From NCBI GenBank assembly GCA_028693335.1, contig JAQUVR010000021.1, positions 1 through 9,129 of the forward strand: DNA of 9,129 nt, given 5' to 3'. A program made the translations under genes and the position numbers. Shown piece after piece: positions 6,385-9,129 of this stretch (its first letter is position 1; each line of letters opens with the position of its first letter). The stretch comes from Candidatus Iainarchaeum sp. (GTDB taxonomy: Archaea; Iainarchaeota; Iainarchaeia; Iainarchaeales; CSSED10-239). Under the pieces are notes generated by a model. The model had not been told where the DNA came from. It made no database searches and worked only from the letters and a program-made list of their open reading frames with translations.

Positions 6385-6816
6385 TTACTTTTTTTCTTTT
6401 CTTGTATAGATTCCAAATGCAACATCTTTTACACTAAACCCAGCAAGTAATAATTCTTCTGGTTTTGGACCGTACATTTCTATTATTTCTGGAATATATT
6501 CACCAACAAATTTAATTTGTTTTTTTCTAACTAACATTTTTGCAACATCTAATTCTTTAGATAAATCTGCTATTGCTTCTTTATCAATTTTTGCTTTTTG
6601 AGAATTAGTCATTTTTTTTAATTTTGTATTAATTGTTTCTACTTTTCTTAAAATCTCAACATATCTTCTTTCCATCTCAACTAATGTTTTGTTTACTAAT
6701 GGTTTTTTAGATCTTGGGATTTCTTGTATTTTTTTATTATCCATTAATTCTTTTCCTTTCTGATATTGTGTTTTTGAAATTGTTCGTTTTGCTGGTCTTT
6801 TCATAATTGTTGGCAT
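6385..6816 (-). CDS. hypothetical basic, Lys-rich protein (143 aa), probably with a coiled-coil middle
   Basis: ATG start with a good SD: AGGAG (plus-strand 6827-6831) lies 10 nt upstream. The N-terminus is basic (KRPAKRTISKTQYQKGK). The middle is a heptad-like charged segment (VEMERRYVEILRKVETINTKLKK...). The C-terminus reads PEIIEMYGPKPEELLLAGFSVKDV. No family motif recognised. Confidence 0.55.
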   Translation of the reverse strand: MPTIMKRPAKRTISKTQYQKGKELMDNKKIQEIPRSKKPLVNKTLVEMERRYVEILRKVETINTKLKKMTNSQKAKIDKEAIADLSKELDVAKMLVRKKQIKFVGEYIPEIIEMYGPKPEELLLAGFSVKDVAFGIYTRKEKK

Positions 6817-6826
6817 ATTTTTCTAT

Positions 6827-6831
6827 CTCCT
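6827..6831 (-). promoter_or_regulatory. Shine-Dalgarno-like AGGAG for the 143-aa ORF
   Basis: Plus-strand ctcct at 6827-6831 is AGGAG on the minus strand, 10 nt upstream of the ATG at 6816. Confidence 0.5.
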
Positions 6832-6936
6832 AGTGTATCCATTAATTTATTAATTAAAAATAATAATATTAAGCATCAGATTAATTTAAAAACATATTTT
6901 CTACAATAATTACAAAAGTAGATCTATGCTCATTTT

Positions 6937-6942
6937 AAAAAA
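6937..6942 (-). terminator. candidate oligo-T archaeal terminator after the methyltransferase gene
   Basis: An A6 run on the plus strand gives T6 on the minus strand (AATTTTTTAAAA), about 10 nt downstream of the TAA stop at 6953-6955. It lies at the start of the only sizeable intergenic gap in the minus-strand block. Weak on its own in DNA this AT-rich. Confidence 0.25.
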
Positions 6943-6952
6943 TTAAATAAAA

Positions 6953-7570
6953 TTATAATTTAGAACTACAAACAGCAATATAATTAAAATGATCATAAGC
7001 AAAAGGATCTTCCAATCTATCATTTAAATTAAATATGTCTGTATATATTTGCCCATAAATATTATCAATCTTAAAATATTTTGATAAAATCTTTTTAAAC
7101 TCTTCTAAACTAAATTCAACAACATGGTAAGGAGAACCATGTGGTTTTCTTGGAGTTGATATTATTAATCTTCCATCAGTGGTTAATACTCTCCTTATTT
7201 CTTTTAAAAAAAGATCTGGAGATTTTATATGTTCTATTCCTTCAAAAGAAATCACTACATCAAAATAATTATCTTTAAATAATTCCATATCTTGTATATC
7301 GCATACAAAAAAACAATTTTTATCATTACTGAATAATTCATTGGCATGATCAATTGCTGGGGGGAATATATCCACCCCATATACTTTAGTAGACTTCTCT
7401 GTTAATAATCTTGTACCATATCCACTACCACAAGGAGCATCTAAAACCACATCATCTTCTAAAATAAAATTTAATGCAAATTTATATCTAGCTAGATGAC
7501 TTGGCTCAGCAGCTTCTACTGTCTTTGGTGCCTGTCTTTCTTTATCTGATTCAATCATTGTTTTCTCCAT
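6953..7570 (-). CDS. class I (Rossmann-fold) SAM-dependent methyltransferase, substrate unknown
   Basis: 205 aa. Motifs are HLARYKFA followed by motif I VVLDAPCGSGYG, the acidic motif II VYGVDI, then FDVVISFEGIEHI and LKEIRRVLTTDGRLIIST. The ATG at 7570..7568 directly abuts the asnS stop (TAAATG). Confidence 0.85.
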   Translation of the reverse strand: MEKTMIESDKERQAPKTVEAAEPSHLARYKFALNFILEDDVVLDAPCGSGYGTRLLTEKSTKVYGVDIFPPAIDHANELFSNDKNCFFVCDIQDMELFKDNYFDVVISFEGIEHIKSPDLFLKEIRRVLTTDGRLIISTPRKPHGSPYHVVEFSLEEFKKILSKYFKIDNIYGQIYTDIFNLNDRLEDPFAYDHFNYIAVCSSKL

Positions 7571-8884
7571 TTATGGTTTATATCTTACCATTGTTCTTGG
7601 AAATGGTATGGTGTCTTTTATGTTATCTACTCCAGTAATATAAGCAATCAATCTTTCAACACCCATTCCAAACCCAGCGTGTGGAACAGAACCATATCTT
7701 CTAGTGTCTAGATAAAATTCATAATGTTTTGGATCTTCTCCATCGTCCTCTAATCTTTGCTTTATCTTTTCTAAGTCTGGTTCTCTTTCACTAGCTCCAA
7801 TAATTTCACCATATCCTTCTGGCCCAATACAGTCAAAACCAAGAACAACTTTTGAATCATCTGGATCTTCTTTCATATAGAACGCTTTTACAATTTTTGG
7901 ATATCTGGTTACAATTACAAAAGTATCATGTAGTTTACTTAATTTATCTTCTTCAATTGTTCTAAGATCTTTTCCCCATTCAACATCCATATCTGCTTTT
8001 TCTTTTAAAAGTTTTAAACTTTCAGTGTAAGTCATTCTTACAAATGGTTTTGAAATTGCAGTTTCTAATAAATTAATGTCTCTTTTTAAAATTTCTAGAT
8101 CTTCTTTGTGTTTTTCTAAAACTGTTTTAATTACATGTTTTATTAATCCTTCGCCATAATCTTGCAATTGCTCAAAATCAATCCAAGCACCTTCCATTTC
8201 AGCATGCCAATATTCTGTTAAATGTCTAGATGTTTTTGATTTCTCTGCTCTAAAGGATGGTGCTATTGTGTAAATCTTGCCCAGAGAAAATATTGCTGGT
8301 TCTGCATATAATTGCCAAGTTTGTGCTAAAAAAACACCTTCTTGTTCAAAATAATCAACCTTAAAAAGAGAAGAACCGCCTTCACATTGAACTGATTGAA
8401 GTATTGGTGATTGATATTCATAAAATCCTTCTTTACGAAAATACTCATGAATTGCTCCAATAGCTGTTGATCTAATTTTTAAAATTGCTGTCATTTTTCT
8501 GCTTCTAAGCCATAGATGTCTAACATCTAATAAGAACTCTTCTGAGAAGTCTTTTGATATTGGATAGTTCTCTGATTTTCCAATTAATTTTAAAGAATCT
8601 ATATCAATCTCATACCCTTGTGGAGATCTTTCTTCTTTTCGTAATTTTCCATAAACAATTATTGATGATTCTATTCCAAGAGTTTTTGCAAGTAAGAATT
8701 CTTCTTCCTTTAGTTTTTCTTTTGCAGCAATCAATTGAATAATTCCGGTTTCATCTCTTATTGTTATAAAGATGTTATCTTTTTGATCTCTTATTCTATA
8801 GACCCAACCTCTTAAGGAAACATCTCCTTCTTTTTTATCTAATATTTCTTTTACTGATAAATATTTTTTCATAATTTTTTTCAC
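7571..8884 (-). CDS. asnS: asparagine--tRNA ligase (class IIb, archaeal-style AsnRS)
   Basis: 437 aa. The N-terminal OB anticodon-binding region reads LRGWVYRIRDQKDNIFITIRDETGIIQ. Motif 2 is FRAEKSKTSRHLTEYWHAEMEGAW, the AsnRS-type form rather than the archaeal AspRS form. Motif 3 is GFGMGVERLIAYITG. The track start at 8884 is GTG. The in-frame ATG at 8872..8870 (MKKYLSVKEIL) is an equally plausible start. Confidence 0.9.
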   Translation of the reverse strand: MKKIMKKYLSVKEILDKKEGDVSLRGWVYRIRDQKDNIFITIRDETGIIQLIAAKEKLKEEEFLLAKTLGIESSIIVYGKLRKEERSPQGYEIDIDSLKLIGKSENYPISKDFSEEFLLDVRHLWLRSRKMTAILKIRSTAIGAIHEYFRKEGFYEYQSPILQSVQCEGGSSLFKVDYFEQEGVFLAQTWQLYAEPAIFSLGKIYTIAPSFRAEKSKTSRHLTEYWHAEMEGAWIDFEQLQDYGEGLIKHVIKTVLEKHKEDLEILKRDINLLETAISKPFVRMTYTESLKLLKEKADMDVEWGKDLRTIEEDKLSKLHDTFVIVTRYPKIVKAFYMKEDPDDSKVVLGFDCIGPEGYGEIIGASEREPDLEKIKQRLEDDGEDPKHYEFYLDTRRYGSVPHAGFGMGVERLIAYITGVDNIKDTIPFPRTMVRYKP

Positions 8885-8945
8885 ATCCTTTATTGCTTAT
8901 TAAATAATGGTTAACAAATATATTAAAAACAATTCATTTCTCTAA

Positions 8946-8969
8946 TAGATCTAATTATTTTAAGATCTA
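8946..8969. promoter_or_regulatory. pair of AGATCT-core palindromes (TAGATCTA, then AGATCTA) 16 bp apart, upstream of asnS; possible operator or 7-bp hairpin
   Basis: tagatctaattattttaagatcta, read directly. The two arms can also pair as a 7-bp stem with a 10-nt loop. The same 8-mer TAGATCTA occurs in the other promoter-bearing gap at 6919-6926. Confidence 0.3.
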
Positions 8970-9129
8970 GAGAAAATATATGCTAATAAAAAAAGATTTT
9001 TTCGGCCTTACTGGCCATTAAAGTTATTGATAACTATACAAAATTTTGATTTAAAACTAGATTTTTCTAAAACTATTTTGTATATCATAAATAAAATAAG
9101 AAAAGAAAAGTATTTAAAAGAGAAGGAAA

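Noticed and set aside
6384-6425. N-terminal extension (MLHLESIQEKKKSN) of the 123-aa track ORF
   Set aside because: It would overlap the 143-aa gene by 41 nt. The internal ATG at 6383 gives a TAATATG junction like the other coupled junctions in this window. I kept it only as an alternative start.
8554-8742. 62-aa plus-strand ORF from the track
   Set aside because: It is antisense inside asnS and is a shadow ORF with a Leu/Phe/Ile-rich nonsense-like translation.
8980-9021. 13-codon plus-strand ORF (MLIKKDFFGLTGH) spanning the GGCC hairpin
   Set aside because: It is too short, has no SD or other support, and is probably a chance ORF in an intergenic region.
9008-9127. Minus-strand frame open from the right window edge to a TAA at 9010..9008 (39 codons, ...FSFLILFMIYKIVLEKSSFKSKFCIVINNFNGQ)
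   Set aside because: I did not report it as a CDS. It is short and low-complexity, and the same DNA also looks like promoter and SD sequence for a plus-strand gene beyond the window. It is mentioned in a finding because the stop sits in a hairpin followed by a T-run.
1-9129. tRNA, rRNA, CRISPR arrays and IS elements
   Set aside because: tRNA or rRNA genes would stand out as GC-rich structured islands in DNA this AT-rich, and none are present. No regularly spaced repeats of 24 to 40 nt are present. No transposase-like ORFs are present.

Overview
Very AT-rich, gene-dense window: 10 CDS, one of them partial at the left edge. I saw no tRNA or rRNA, no CRISPR array and no transposase or integrase. 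The marker genes are archaeal: a Pth2-type peptidyl-tRNA hydrolase (1-287, missing from the ORF track because it runs off the edge), a stand-alone Kae1, and an archaeal-style AsnRS. There is also a CysRS and a small class I SAM methyltransferase. The low GC and very tight packing (TAAATG and TAATATG junctions, a 20-nt convergent 3' overlap) suggest a small-genome, DPANN-like archaeon, but that is inference. The main candidate is a minus-strand tandem pair at 1775-4592. The first gene encodes a 665-aa signal-peptide protein. By motif reading it combines an SLT/lysozyme-like lytic transglycosylase region (AES...GVAQIG), an NlpC/P60-CHAP-type papain-like cysteine hydrolase domain (Cys430, His519, His536) and an 8-Cys C-terminal tail. 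The gene upstream of it encodes a 255-aa membrane-anchored or secreted paralog of the cysteine hydrolase domain and has no in-frame ATG at all. This is a bacterial-style murein-breaching architecture inside an archaeal translation-gene neighbourhood, 8 nt upstream of kae1. Three small proteins (116, 143 and about 109 aa) had no motif I could recognise. Other observations: recurring TAGATCTA palindromes in two promoter-bearing intergenic regions, and a 245-bp non-coding right end holding the only GC-rich hairpin. All domain calls come from reading motifs by eye, with no searches run.
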